Assembly: GCA_041389005.1 (NCBI GenBank)
Contig: JAWKSR010000003.1
Location: 2,377 to 66,376, forward strand
From: Minisyncoccota bacterium
GTDB lineage: Bacteria > Patescibacteriota > Minisyncoccia > Phycocordibacterales > UBA918
Direction of reading: 5' to 3'
DNA length: 64,000 nt
In this document: positions 20,694-30,913 of the stretch, piece by piece
How positions within the stretch are numbered: the stretch's first letter is position 1
How the letters are laid out: each line of letters begins with the position of its first letter
Position numbers and translations under genes: made by a program
Notes under the pieces: generated by a model
Database searches by the model: none
Seen by the model: only the letters and a program-made list of their open reading frames with translations
Told to the model about the DNA's origin: nothing

Positions 20694-23600
20694 CTACGCA
20701 CCCACTGTTGCGTCAACTAGTTCGGCATTAGTTGCTGCCGCTAAATTTTTAACCCGGTCTACCAAAATGGTTGGCTCATCGTTACGAATATTGAGTTTAC
20801 CCTTGATGGCGATACAGGTGCCGGGTTGTAAGAGGTCATGGTTTTGCCGATACACTTCAGGGAAGGCGGTCATTTCAATAGCATCAGTATGATTGGCGAG
20901 TCGGATAAATGCCATCCGCTCTCCTTTTTTTGTTAACAATTCCTTCACTGTCTCCACCATACCGGCGGTAACCACCGGTATGCCGTTTCGTCCATCTTCC
21001 TTGATCTTGGTGATATCGCCGCGTTTTTTAAGTTCCTCCTTAAACTCATCGAGCGGATGTCCAGATACATACACGCCCAAAAGTTCTTTTTCCCAGTGAA
21101 GTTTGTCAGCAACTGAGGCTGGAGGTGCGGGCTCTAGTACCAAGTCGTTAACTGTACTGTCCATACCGCCAAAGAGCGAATCTTGGGCTGACTCTTTACC
21201 TGCCACTTGCTCTTTATTGAAAGCAATGAGGTTATCAAGGTTGGCATACATAAGTCCGCGTTCTTCAAAACGAGTCAGGGCTCCAGACAGTATCAATGCT
21301 TCGAGTGATTTTTTATTAAGGTTACGGTCATGCACGCGAGACAAAAAGTCTGAGAGGGAGATGTACGGACCGCCTGCCTTGCGTTCCTCGATAATGGCTT
21401 CAGTAATACCGGCACCAAAGTTTTTGATGGTGGTGAGCCCAAAGCGAATTTTGGCTGGATCACTTCCCTTAGCAGGTACCACGGAGAAGGGAGCAAAACT
21501 TTCATTGATATCAGGCGGTAACACCTCGATTTCCATGCGTTCACACTCATGGATAATCTCAGCAATCTTTTCCGTATCACCCGAGTCAGCCGTTAGTACC
21601 GCGGACATATATTCCACGGGGTAGTTCGCTTTCATATAGGCAGTTTGGTAGGCGACCTGTCCATAACTGGCGGTGAGCAGCTTTGGTTAAACCCATAGGC
21701 AGCAAACGGCTCAATCAGGTGCTCCAGAGCTTGTCAGCGATTGCTGGTGAGAGTTTTGCCATGCCCAACAGCTTTTAAGCAAAGCCTGTCTTTTCGCTCT
21801 CCATCACTTCCGAATCTTCTTACCCATCGCTTTGTGGAGCTTATCAGCGTCAAGCCAGGAGTAGCCTGCCAGCTCAATCGAGATCATTATGCCGTCCTGA
21901 TAGGTAATCACACCATGTGAGCGGCCGAGAATTCTCGAGTCGTGGGTCAAGATAGCTTACCAGCGCTCTCGGTTATGTTTGCGCTCGATGTACTGCGGTA
22001 TAGACTCCATCGACCGGGCGATAGAGCGCCACCATCGCGTTGATATCGTGAATGGAGGTGGGTTGCAGTTGCTTCAAAAATGCAGTCATACCGGAACCAT
22101 TGAGCTGGAAGAGTCCCATCGTTTCACGCGCGCGAGCATAGCGAAGGTCTTTGGGTCAATGCGGGAATGTCTTCGATGTCGATATCAACGTTAGAATCTT
22201 TACCTGCGTTTTACGGCGTTCGCCAAGATGGCAGGTTTTTGATACCTAAAAAGTCAAACTTAAAAGTCCCACACCATCCTCGCTGCCAACCGAATGCATT
22301 TCGTACTGCGTGATGTATTTACCACTTTTCGGATCAGGCTGATAGGTACAAACCGATTTTAATGGTTCAGGGGAAATAACCACCGGCAGCGTGCACTCCG
22401 GGAGGTGTCGGACGCGACCCTCAATTTGTTTGGCTAAGTCGATCACTTCATCGGGACTCGCTATCTTGTTTATTTCTGAAGTTCCATCTTCCAAGGCGCG
22501 GTCAATCGTCATGGGAAATCCTTTGCCCCAATGGGAATCGCTTGGCGATACGATCGCCCGTGGCATACGGGTGGCCGCCCGCGCCACATCGCGCACCGCC
22601 GCCCGCGCCATCATAGTACCGAAAGTACCAATCTGGGCGATTTATCTTCGCCGTATTTTTTCCGGGCGTACTCGATACTCCCATCGCGGCGATTATCAGC
22701 AAAGTCCATATCAACATCAGGGGCAGATGGACGTTCAGGTTGAGGAGCGGGCTGAAGGGGGTGCTTGTATTCCAGTGGGTCTACGTTGGTAATACCAAGC
22801 ACAAACGTAGTATACGAACCAGCCACTGAGCCACGAATAGTGGTTAAGATGCCGCGTTTACGGGCTTCCCGCAACAGATCACCCACTACCAAGAAGTATT
22901 TCGCGTAACCTTTGTTCTTAATGACATCGAGCTCGTAATCCAAACGCTTTTTGATGGCAGCGTCTTTGAGATCGTGTCCACGCCATGCCACGCCTTTATA
23001 CGCCGCATCCTTGAGCTCCTCGTCTGGCGTGCGACCGCTTTTAATGATGTAGTCAGGAAACTTCCACGCCTCTTGTCCGAGTGGTATTTCAACAGTGCAT
23101 GCTTCAGCAATTTTTACGGAATTTTGCAGAAGCTTTTCTGTTGGTCTTTAAAAAATAATATTCAATGCTTGTGCCTGGGTGATAAATGAGAAATCTTCGG
23201 TGCGATCTTCAGCTGGATCGATGGCATTGCCGCTTTGAATAGCGATCATGGTTTCGCGGGCGACTGCGTCACTTTGTTTTACGTAGTACACATCGTGGGC
23301 GGCTACCAGTGGCGTGTTGGTTTCTTTTGCCAGCTTAATAATGCGCTCTTGGTTTTCTGTGCGGCCGCTATTTTCGCGGTGCGAAATCTCTAGGTAACAA
23401 TCTGTCCCGTAGGTGTCCCGATACCAACTGAGTGCCGCGCCTGCTCGCTCAGTATCGTTGTCCTTAAGTGCCTGCGCAACTTCACCCGCAAAAGAGGGAA
23501 TGATGCAAATCAGGTTGTCACTATGTTTTTTAAGGAGTTCTTGGTCGAGTCGCGGTCGGTAGTAGAAACCGTCTACGTACGAGCGGGTTACAAGTTCGAT

Positions 23601-23990
23601 AAGATTCTGGTACCCCTTATTATTTTTTGCTAAGAGCACTAACCGGCTTCGCGGTCGGTCGATACCAGTGTCTTTATCGAAACGGGTGCGCGGTGCTAAA
23701 AAAGCATCAATGCCGATGATTGGTTTAATACCTTCTTGCCATACAGGCTTTGTAAAAGTCGATGGCACCATAGAGCGCACCGTTATCAGTCAACGCCAAG
23801 GCGGTTTGCCCACCGGTTTTTAAGAGCCGCTACCACTCCTTTCGGTGTTGGTAGTGCATTGGCGATAACACTGGCTGTGCGGACGTGCAGATGCGCGAAG
23901 GTCGCTTTGCCTGTGGTTTCAGCTATAGTGTCAGCATTATACCAAATTCTCCCATGATAGGATGTGCAATGAAAGGTGTCCAAATTGAAT
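20694..23990 (-). CDS. dnaE: DNA polymerase III alpha subunit, split into at least 5 frames
   Basis: PHP N-terminus (FAHLHV..., GIKPIIGIDAF), fingers/palm (YRPRLDQELLKKHSDNLICIIPSFAGEVA; ILTTIRGSVAGSY...GITNVDPLEY) and the C-terminal OB region (20694-21635) are in different frames. Confidence 0.85.
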
Positions 23991-24556
23991 AGACGAGGCT
24001 GGACGACCACTGGCGGACCGGTTGCGGTGGGCGTGGCACTTGTGTCAGCGGACTTCAATTGGCGGCTGTTACCGGGTGTGACCGACTCCAAGGCGCTCAG
24101 TGAGAAAAAAGCGTGAGGAAATCTACCAGGCGGCACAGCGATTGCGGCGGGCAGGGAAGCTTGATTTTGCCGTGTTTATGAGTAGCGCGGCGGTAATTGA
24201 TAAGCGAGGTCTTGTACCAGCGGTTCGCACGGCTATGGCGCGGGTCTTAGCGCAATAGAAAAGCGTGCCGGGAAGAAATTACGCAAGACAACTATTAAAC
24301 CCACTTGCTCTTTATATGCTCCACTGCCTTTTGTTAACCAGACGACCATCATAAAGCAGCACCAAAAAGAGAAGATTATCGGCTTAGCGTCTATTGTGGC
24401 GAAGGTGACGCGGGATCGCTTATATGGTGCGAATTGGGGTGACCCCCACTCGCACCATATACCTTCGCGACCCACAAAGGTTACGGCACTAAGGCTCACT
24501 GCCGTAGCTTCATTAAGAAATTTGGCGTTTCGCCAGTTCATCGCCAGAGCTATTAA
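23969..24556 (+). CDS. rnhB: ribonuclease HII, frameshifted
   Basis: QIGIDEAGR.PLAG at the N-terminus, ASIVAKVTRDRLY, and then HKGYGTKAH...SFIKKFGVSPVHRQSY in another frame. It is divergent from dnaE. Confidence 0.65.
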
Positions 24557-24856
24557 AATATATTTTTATTGTAATATTAAGGCACGTCTGAGCTATCAGG
24601 GACAAACGTTCTTGTTTCAGAAAATTCCAACACGAGGACAAATGTCCGATACGCAGAAGACTGGAACGAGGTTACTTGAATTGCGAATTTCACGACGAGA
24701 CCGGACCCCCATATCATGAATCAGGGATCTATCGTGAAGCCAGGTGTAGCTTGCATGTGGAATGGTTCAAAGGTGTGCAAAAAATGTGCGCTAACTTCCG
24801 CCAAGATTATACCCCTCCCGCACAACTTGTTGTGCCAGAGGTCTTTGCAACCAACG

Positions 24857-24924
24857 CCCTGCGGTAACTTTTCCGGAAACGCAGGGACAATTCAGGGGGG
24901 TTGGCGCAAGCCAACCCCTTTTTC
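24857..24924 (+). terminator. two hairpins: ccctgcg...cgcaggg, then ggggttggc gcaa gccaacccc plus TTTTT
   Basis: The second is a textbook rho-independent terminator. It closes a roughly 340-nt unassigned plus-strand segment before rpmF. Confidence 0.7.
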
Positions 24925-24926
24925 TA

Positions 24927-24954
24927 TTGCTTTTTTAGGTGTATTTGGTATAGT
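24927..24954 (+). promoter_or_regulatory. rpmF promoter (-35 TTGCTT, 16-nt spacer, extended -10 TGgTATAGT)
   Basis: Same TTTGGTATAGTTCT motif as upstream of rpmE. Confidence 0.55.
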
Positions 24955-24964
24955 TCTGCGCACT

Positions 24965-25282
24965 ATGGTTATTCGAATGCGACATACCCGAGCGCACACC
25001 AAAAATCGTCGCTCGCATCATGCCCTCAAGACACCGACTTTGGCGGTGTGTAAGAACTGTGGCGCCAGCCACCGACCGCACCACATGTGTCTAGAATGTG
25101 GCTTTTACAATGGTCGTCAGGTTATGGACCTTAAAGCTAAAAAAGAAGCCCGCGACGCACGCATTAAGGCTAAGCAAGAGCGCATCCGTCTGCAACAGCA
25201 GGAAATGGATGCTACTGAAGCTGAGACCGTTTCAGAAGCAGAACCAAGCGAATCAGCAGAAACGCCTGAAGAGAAGAAGTAG
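24965..25282 (+). CDS. rpmF: 50S ribosomal protein L32 with an acidic C-terminal extension
   Basis: MRHTRAHTKNRRSHHALKTPTLAVCKNCGASHRPHHMCLECGFYNGRQV is the L32 signature with its zinc-ribbon cysteines. Confidence 0.85.
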   Translation: MVIRMRHTRAHTKNRRSHHALKTPTLAVCKNCGASHRPHHMCLECGFYNGRQVMDLKAKKEARDARIKAKQERIRLQQQEMDATEAETVSEAEPSESAETPEEKK

Positions 25283-25359
25283 CTATTATGCACACCTTTG
25301 TCCGCCTCGGCGGATTTTTGGTGTAAAGTCCCTATGCTACTATGTAAGGCAGTACACCT

Positions 25360-26256
25360 ATGGCAAACCGGCACCTTTCACGTTCTATTGTTCTCCAAAC
25401 ACTCTTTGAGTGGGATTTAAATGGTATTACCAAAAAAGACGTACCAACAGTTTTGGCACGTAACGTGGAGGAATTTGCTCCCAATAAAACAGACATGGCG
25501 TTCATGGAACGTCTCCTTGATGGTGTGTTGCAGAAGCAGACTGAACTTGATTTGATTATTGAGAAAGCAGCGCCAGATTGGCCAATTGACCGCATTTCTC
25601 CAGTCGATCGCAATATTCTTCGGACTGGTTTGTATGAACTTTTGTTCTCAGATCGTGCTGAAGTGCCGGCAAAAGTCGCTATCAATGAAGCTATCGAGCT
25701 CGCTAAGCAGTTTGGTGGTGAGAATAGCAGTCGGTTTGTAAATGGTGTCTTGGGAGCAGTGTATAAAGAGATTGGTGAACCCGGCAAAGACGAGATTGGG
25801 AAAAAGAAGAAAAAGGATGTGCCATTTGACCAAATGCCGGTGCTGCGACTCGCCGGTGCTGTGGTGTACGCTGAGCACGAGGGTGAAATTTATCTGGCGC
25901 TCGTTCATGATATCTTTGGGCACTGGACGCTATCTAAGGGCAAGATTGAGGAAAACGAAGAGGTAGAAGAGGGAGCGATTCGCGAAATAAAAGAAGAAAT
26001 CGGACTTGATATCACGATTGAAAGTGAGTTGGGTAAAAACGAGTACGTTGCTAATAAGCCGGATATCGGGAAACATCGTAAACAAGTCACATATTTCTTG
26101 GGTCGGTCAGACTTTAAAGATATTGTCTTGGAGCAAAAAGGGGGGTTAGATGATGCTAAGTGGTTTAAGGTAGCGGACATTCTTGACTTAAATTTCTACG
26201 AGGATATTCTACCTATCGTGACGAAAGCCGTCACAATGTTGGTTGCAAAAAAATGA
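25360..26256 (+). CDS. nusB: NusB antitermination factor (about aa 1-140) fused in-frame to a C-terminal NUDIX hydrolase domain
   Basis: NusB: SRSIVLQTLFEWDL...AKQFGGENSSRFVNGVLGAVYKEI. NUDIX box: GKIEENEEVEEGAIREIKEEIGL (Gx5Ex7REUxEExGU). It is one uninterrupted 298-aa ORF. Confidence 0.7.
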   Translation: MANRHLSRSIVLQTLFEWDLNGITKKDVPTVLARNVEEFAPNKTDMAFMERLLDGVLQKQTELDLIIEKAAPDWPIDRISPVDRNILRTGLYELLFSDRAEVPAKVAINEAIELAKQFGGENSSRFVNGVLGAVYKEIGEPGKDEIGKKKKKDVPFDQMPVLRLAGAVVYAEHEGEIYLALVHDIFGHWTLSKGKIEENEEVEEGAIREIKEEIGLDITIESELGKNEYVANKPDIGKHRKQVTYFLGRSDFKDIVLEQKGGLDDAKWFKVADILDLNFYEDILPIVTKAVTMLVAKK

Positions 26257-26406
26257 AGCGACTGCAGCGTTGCACCACAGCAAATTATTGCTCACCATAC
26301 ATAGAGTATGGCTCACAATAATTTCTTTGTGCGCCTTGCATTCATCTCCATTTTTGTACAACCAATTGCAGTGCCGATTGTTAATTTTTAGTTTTACTTT
26401 CTATCT

Positions 26407-27117
26407 ATGACCGAAGAACGTGATATATCAGCGGACTTAAAAAAACTCGAAGCAATGTTAGGAGTGGAGTTTACAAATATTGAGCACCTCCTTTCTGCGA
26501 CCACTCATCGCTCCTATCTCAACGAACATCGTGAAGCTACTCAGGAGCACAATGAGCGCCTCGAGTTTTTAGGTGATGCGGTGCTGGAGCTTGTTGTAAC
26601 TGATTACCTCTACCATAAATATACTGAAAAACCAGAAGGGGAACTTACCGCTGTACGCGCTGCGCTGGTAAACACTATTTCACTCGCTGAGTCCTCAAGT
26701 GCACTCGGACTCAATGACTTTATGTTGATGTCGAAAGGGGAGAGTAAAGATACTGGACGGGCGCGGCAGTATATTCTTGCCAATGCTTTCGAGGCAGTGA
26801 TTGGAGCTCTCTATGTTGACCAAGGCTACGAAGTGGCGAAGACCTTTATTGCTACGCACTTGTTTCCCAAGACCGACCGTATTGTCGAGAAGCGTTTGTG
26901 GCAAGACCCTAAGAGTCGTTTCCAGGAGTTGGCGCAAGAGCACGTCTCAGTAACGCCGACCTATGAATTGGTAGACCAGTCTGGACCTGATCATGACCGC
27001 GTCTTTACTATTGGTGTGTATCTACGAAAAGAGCAAGTGGCCACCGGCGAAGGACGTTCTAAACAAGAAGCTGAACAAGCCGCTGCTGAAAAAGCCCTTG
27101 AAACTAAGGGGTGGTAG
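26407..27117 (+). CDS. rnc: ribonuclease III
   Basis: The RNase III signature ERLEFLGDAVLELVVTDYLY and a C-terminal dsRBD (GEGRSKQEAEQAAAEKALE). Confidence 0.9.
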   Translation: MTEERDISADLKKLEAMLGVEFTNIEHLLSATTHRSYLNEHREATQEHNERLEFLGDAVLELVVTDYLYHKYTEKPEGELTAVRAALVNTISLAESSSALGLNDFMLMSKGESKDTGRARQYILANAFEAVIGALYVDQGYEVAKTFIATHLFPKTDRIVEKRLWQDPKSRFQELAQEHVSVTPTYELVDQSGPDHDRVFTIGVYLRKEQVATGEGRSKQEAEQAAAEKALETKGW

Positions 27118-27586
27118 TGTGTACGTGTATAACACACCAGTCTTCTTAACTACTCCTAATATAATAGATGAATGGTGGCTGTTTCTAAGTCGTTCTCGTA
27201 TAGGAGTGTTCGCGCCTTCACCCTCGTGGAGCTTCTTGTTGTCATCTCAATCATCGGTATTTTAACTGCCATTATTTCAGTCTCACTCAGTGCTGCTCGT
27301 GCTAACGCTCGTGATAAAGCCCGCGTAGCAGATATCGCTAACTTACATCAAGCCCTTCGTCTCTACGCTGAAGAAAATGGTCAATACCCACTCTACCCAG
27401 AAGGAGTGACAGTCGGTACTGGTGGTGCTATCGACATTGACTTGGCGCCATACTTACCTCTGTACCAGTTGATCCTCGCTCTGGTGATGGTGGCTTCAAC
27501 TACTACTACGACTCAGCTACACCTGCGGTGGCACAGAGTACGTAGTGGTGATGGCACTTGATTCGGAGTCGAATAGTATTGGGAAT
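26834..27586 (+). repeat. tandem segmental duplication, copy 1 (rnc 3-prime end plus pilin 5-prime end); about 99% identical to 27618-28372
   Basis: Base-by-base comparison with copy 2 shows 3 substitutions and 2 single-base indels over about 750 bp, with a 31-bp unique junction between the copies. Confidence 0.85.
27172..27586 (+). pseudogene. type IV pilin-like gene, copy 1: intact N-terminal methylation/TM segment, then frameshifted and truncated at the duplication junction
   Basis: SVRAFTLVELLVVISIIGILTAIISVSLSAARANARDKARVADIANLHQALRLYAEENGQYP is a pilin N-terminus. Two 1-bp deletions relative to copy 2 break the frame. Confidence 0.6.
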
Positions 27587-27617
27587 TATGCAGAAGTGTG
27601 TGGAGGTGGTTCATCTT

Positions 27618-28372
27618 TGGCGAAGACCTTTATTGCTACACACTTGTTTCCCAAGACCGACCGTATTGTCGAGAAGCGTTTGTGGCAAGACCCTAAGAGT
27701 CGTTTCCAGGAGTTGGCGCAAGAGCACGTCTCAGTAACGCCGACCTATGAATTGGTAGACCAGTCTGGACCTGATCATGATCGCGTCTTTACTATTGGTG
27801 TGTATCTACGAAAAGAGCAAGTGGCCACCGGCGAAGGACGTTCTAAACAAGAAGCTGAACAAGCCGCTGCTGAAAAAGCCCTTGAAACTAAGGGGTGGTA
27901 GTGTGTACGTGTATAACACACCAGTCTTCTTAACTACTCCTAATATAATAGATGAATGGTGGCTGTCTCTAAGTCGTTCTCGTATAGGAGTGCTCGCGCC
28001 TTCACCCTCGTGGAGCTTCTTGTTGTCATCTCAATCATCGGTATTTTAACTGCCATTATTTCAGTCTCACTCAGTGCTGCTCGTGCTAACGCTCGTGATA
28101 AAGCCCGCGTAGCAGATATCGCTAACTTACATCAAGCCCTTCGTCTCTACGCTGAAGAAAATGGTCAATACCCACTCTACCCAGAAGGAGTGACAGTCGG
28201 TACTGGTGGTGCTATCGACATTGACTTGGCGCCATACTTTACCTCTGTACCAGTTGATCCTCGCTCTGGTGATGGTGGCTTCAACTACTACTACGACTCA
28301 AGCTACACCTGCGGTGGCACAGAGTACGTAGTGGTGATGGCACTTGATTCGGAGTCGAATAGTATTGGGAAT
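27618..28372 (+). repeat. tandem segmental duplication, copy 2
   Basis: See copy 1. It regenerates an rnc C-terminal fragment (chimeric ORF 27545-27901) and the start of pilin copy 2. Confidence 0.85.
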
Positions 28373-28597
28373 CTAGCTGATCAGTGTGCTGAAGAAGGAG
28401 ATTCGTACCTTGTTCGTATTGATAGTTCTGTAGGATTGGGACCAGTCGACAATTACTCTCAAAGTTCCTACTACAGTCAGGCTTCCTACTACAGTCAGGC
28501 TTCCTACTACAGTCAGGCTTCCTACTACAGTCAAAGTTCATATTACAGCCAGAGCTGGTATTTCGGAGGAGGAGGAGAAGGTGGTAGCGGGTACTAG
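27956..28597 (+). CDS. type IV pilin-like protein (213 aa) with a C-terminal SYYSQA x5 repeat and a Gly-rich tail
   Basis: N-terminal FTLVELLVVISIIGILTAII (Glu at +5), a Cys-containing globular part, then SYYSQA repeats and GGGGEGGSGY. Confidence 0.75.
   Translation: MVAVSKSFSYRSARAFTLVELLVVISIIGILTAIISVSLSAARANARDKARVADIANLHQALRLYAEENGQYPLYPEGVTVGTGGAIDIDLAPYFTSVPVDPRSGDGGFNYYYDSSYTCGGTEYVVVMALDSESNSIGNLADQCAEEGDSYLVRIDSSVGLGPVDNYSQSSYYSQASYYSQASYYSQASYYSQSSYYSQSWYFGGGGEGGSGY
28466..28555 (+). repeat. 18-bp tandem repeat x5 (tcctactacagtcaggct, last two units degenerate) inside the pilin gene
   Basis: Read directly. Three units are perfect. It encodes SYYSQA. Confidence 0.85.
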
Positions 28598-28605
28598 TAT
28601 TAGAT

Positions 28606-30882
28606 ATGCATCTAAGGCACCTCACAATCAATGGTTTTAAGTCTTTTGCTAAGAAAGGAGAACTCGAGTTCTCTGCTCCCATCACTGCCATCGTAGGACC
28701 AAATGGTTCAGGAAAAAGTAACGTAGCTGAATCGTTTCGGTTTGTACTCGGTGAGCAATCAATTAAATCGATGCGCGGTAAGAAAGGAGAGGATTTGATC
28801 TGGGGTGGTTCTGAACAAGTCTCCCGCGCGAACCGCGCTTCGGTCGCGGTAACACTTGATAATCAAAAACGTACCTTCCCAGTAGATTTTGATGAAATTA
28901 CCCTTGAACGCACTGTACATCGTGACGGACAAAATGAATACGCTCTTAACGGTTCAAAAGTACGCCTAAAGGATATTCAGGAAGTGTTAGCAGCTGCCAA
29001 CATCGGCCCCACTGGACACCATATTATTTCTCAAGGCGAAGCCGACCGAATTCTGTCCGCTAACCCCAAAGAACGCCGCGAGATGATCGAAGACGCCTTG
29101 GGACTCAAGGTGTATCAATTCAAAAAGCAGGAAGCTGAGCGCAAACTCAAAAAAACTCGGGAGAATATCGCTCAGGTAGAATCTCTGCGCCGCGAAGTTG
29201 CACCACATCTGAAGTTCCTTGAACGACAGGTAAAAAAGATTGAGCGCTCTGTTGAACTGCGTGAGACGCTCAAACAGTACTATCTAGAGTATTTGCGTCG
29301 CGAAGATGTCTACATCGCTCATCATCATGACCGACTGACCGCAGAGCGCCGTGAGCCGGCTGCTAAGCTTGATGACCTGCAAGTAGCTCTGAAAAAAGCC
29401 AAAGCGGTATTAGAGGCGGCAGAGCAAGATGAAAAGCGAGATGCACTGGTGGCGGCAGAAACTGAGCTTGGCAAAGCCCGCAGTGCACGCCAAGAATTGG
29501 TTCGGCAGAGTGGTCAACTCGAAGGGCAGATTAATTTCCTCAACCAACGCATCGAGTCTCTAAACCAAAAGGCAAAAACTGCCAGTGGACAGCCAGTACC
29601 GTATGAAACGGTAGCAGACATGGTAGGTAATATCGAGAAATTAGCTGAAAAGGCAGATCGTCAGGAGGAAGTGGGAGGTCTGAAGCGCGCTTTGTCTGAC
29701 ATTGTTCATGTGCTTCAAAAATTCCTCACTGATGTGGGCAAACAGGATGGTACTTCCGTTTTGGAAGAAGAGCAGGAGCTGACTCGGCTGCAAAAAGAGG
29801 CAACGCAGCTTGAAAACACCCTTAAGGAAGCGGAGGAACACGAACAAACAGCTGAGGTAGCATACGAGAACGTACGAAGTGCCATTGAAGCAGAGGCAGA
29901 TGAAAGTCGAGAAGCGGAACGGGAAGTGTTTCGGATTGTAAACGAGCAACGTGAATGTGAGACGATCATCAGCCGACTTGATCATGCACTCGCGGAACTG
30001 GATCGTGACCGTAATGAATTCAAACGTGAACTTCAAGAAGCGGTGGCACTGATTGGACGTAGTGCCTCTGAGTACTTTAAGTATGTTATTGAAGTTGACG
30101 GGAAAAGTATCGAAGTAGCAGAGATCGTGGCAGAGGACAGAGATAGTCAACGAGAACGCCGCCGGGAACTTGAGAAGATGAAAGTACGTCTTGAGGAGTT
30201 GGGTGGTGCCAATGAAGATATTGAAAAAGAGTACAAAGAAGTAAAAGAACGCGATGAGTTTTTAACTCGTGAGATCGAAGATCTTAATACCTCCGTAGCT
30301 AAACTAGAAGCGCTTATCAAGGAGTTGGCAGAGCAACTGAACGAGCAGTTTGTTACCGGTATTGAAAAGATTGACGCTGAGTTTAGTCGCTTCTTCATCC
30401 TTATGTTTGGCGGCGGCGGCGCTGCGCTTAAACGGGTGAAGCCGACGCTGAAACAAAAGAAAACTACAGTTGATGAGCTCGGTGAAGAAGTCGAGGTAGA
30501 TGAGACAGTGGAAGACGAGTCGGCGGAGGAGGGGATTGAAATCGATGTAAAGCTACCAAACAAACGAGTAAAAGGGCTTGATATGCTTTCCGGTGGTGAA
30601 CGAGCGTTAACATCAATTGCGCTTATCTTTGCAATGAGTCAGGTTAATCCACCGCTTTTTATCATTCTTGATGAGACTGATGCGGCACTTGATGAAGCCA
30701 ATAGTCGTCGTTATGGTGATATGATCGAAGCGCTAGCAGAGAAGTCTCAGCTTATTCTCATTACGCACAACCGGGAGACTATGGGTCGCGCTGGTATTCT
30801 TTACGGCGTTACCATGAGTGGTGATGGTGTCTCCAAACTACTTTCCGTGAAGTTTGATGAAGCAGTCGCAGTAGCAAAATAA
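28606..30882 (+). CDS. smc: SMC-family chromosome partition ATPase, compact 758-aa form
   Basis: N-terminal Walker A (AIVGPNGSGKSNV), long coiled-coil region, and C-terminal signature/Walker B (LSGGERALTSIALIFAMSQVNPPLFIILDETDAALD). Confidence 0.75.
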   Translation: MHLRHLTINGFKSFAKKGELEFSAPITAIVGPNGSGKSNVAESFRFVLGEQSIKSMRGKKGEDLIWGGSEQVSRANRASVAVTLDNQKRTFPVDFDEITLERTVHRDGQNEYALNGSKVRLKDIQEVLAAANIGPTGHHIISQGEADRILSANPKERREMIEDALGLKVYQFKKQEAERKLKKTRENIAQVESLRREVAPHLKFLERQVKKIERSVELRETLKQYYLEYLRREDVYIAHHHDRLTAERREPAAKLDDLQVALKKAKAVLEAAEQDEKRDALVAAETELGKARSARQELVRQSGQLEGQINFLNQRIESLNQKAKTASGQPVPYETVADMVGNIEKLAEKADRQEEVGGLKRALSDIVHVLQKFLTDVGKQDGTSVLEEEQELTRLQKEATQLENTLKEAEEHEQTAEVAYENVRSAIEAEADESREAEREVFRIVNEQRECETIISRLDHALAELDRDRNEFKRELQEAVALIGRSASEYFKYVIEVDGKSIEVAEIVAEDRDSQRERRRELEKMKVRLEELGGANEDIEKEYKEVKERDEFLTREIEDLNTSVAKLEALIKELAEQLNEQFVTGIEKIDAEFSRFFILMFGGGGAALKRVKPTLKQKKTTVDELGEEVEVDETVEDESAEEGIEIDVKLPNKRVKGLDMLSGGERALTSIALIFAMSQVNPPLFIILDETDAALDEANSRRYGDMIEALAEKSQLILITHNRETMGRAGILYGVTMSGDGVSKLLSVKFDEAVAVAK

Positions 30883-30913
30883 AAGTCCGGCATACACATG
30901 CACGCCGGACTTT

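Noticed and set aside
27545-27901. 118-aa ORF (pilin fragment fused to the RNase III dsRBD)
   Set aside because: It is a chimeric by-product of the tandem duplication junction, not an independent gene.
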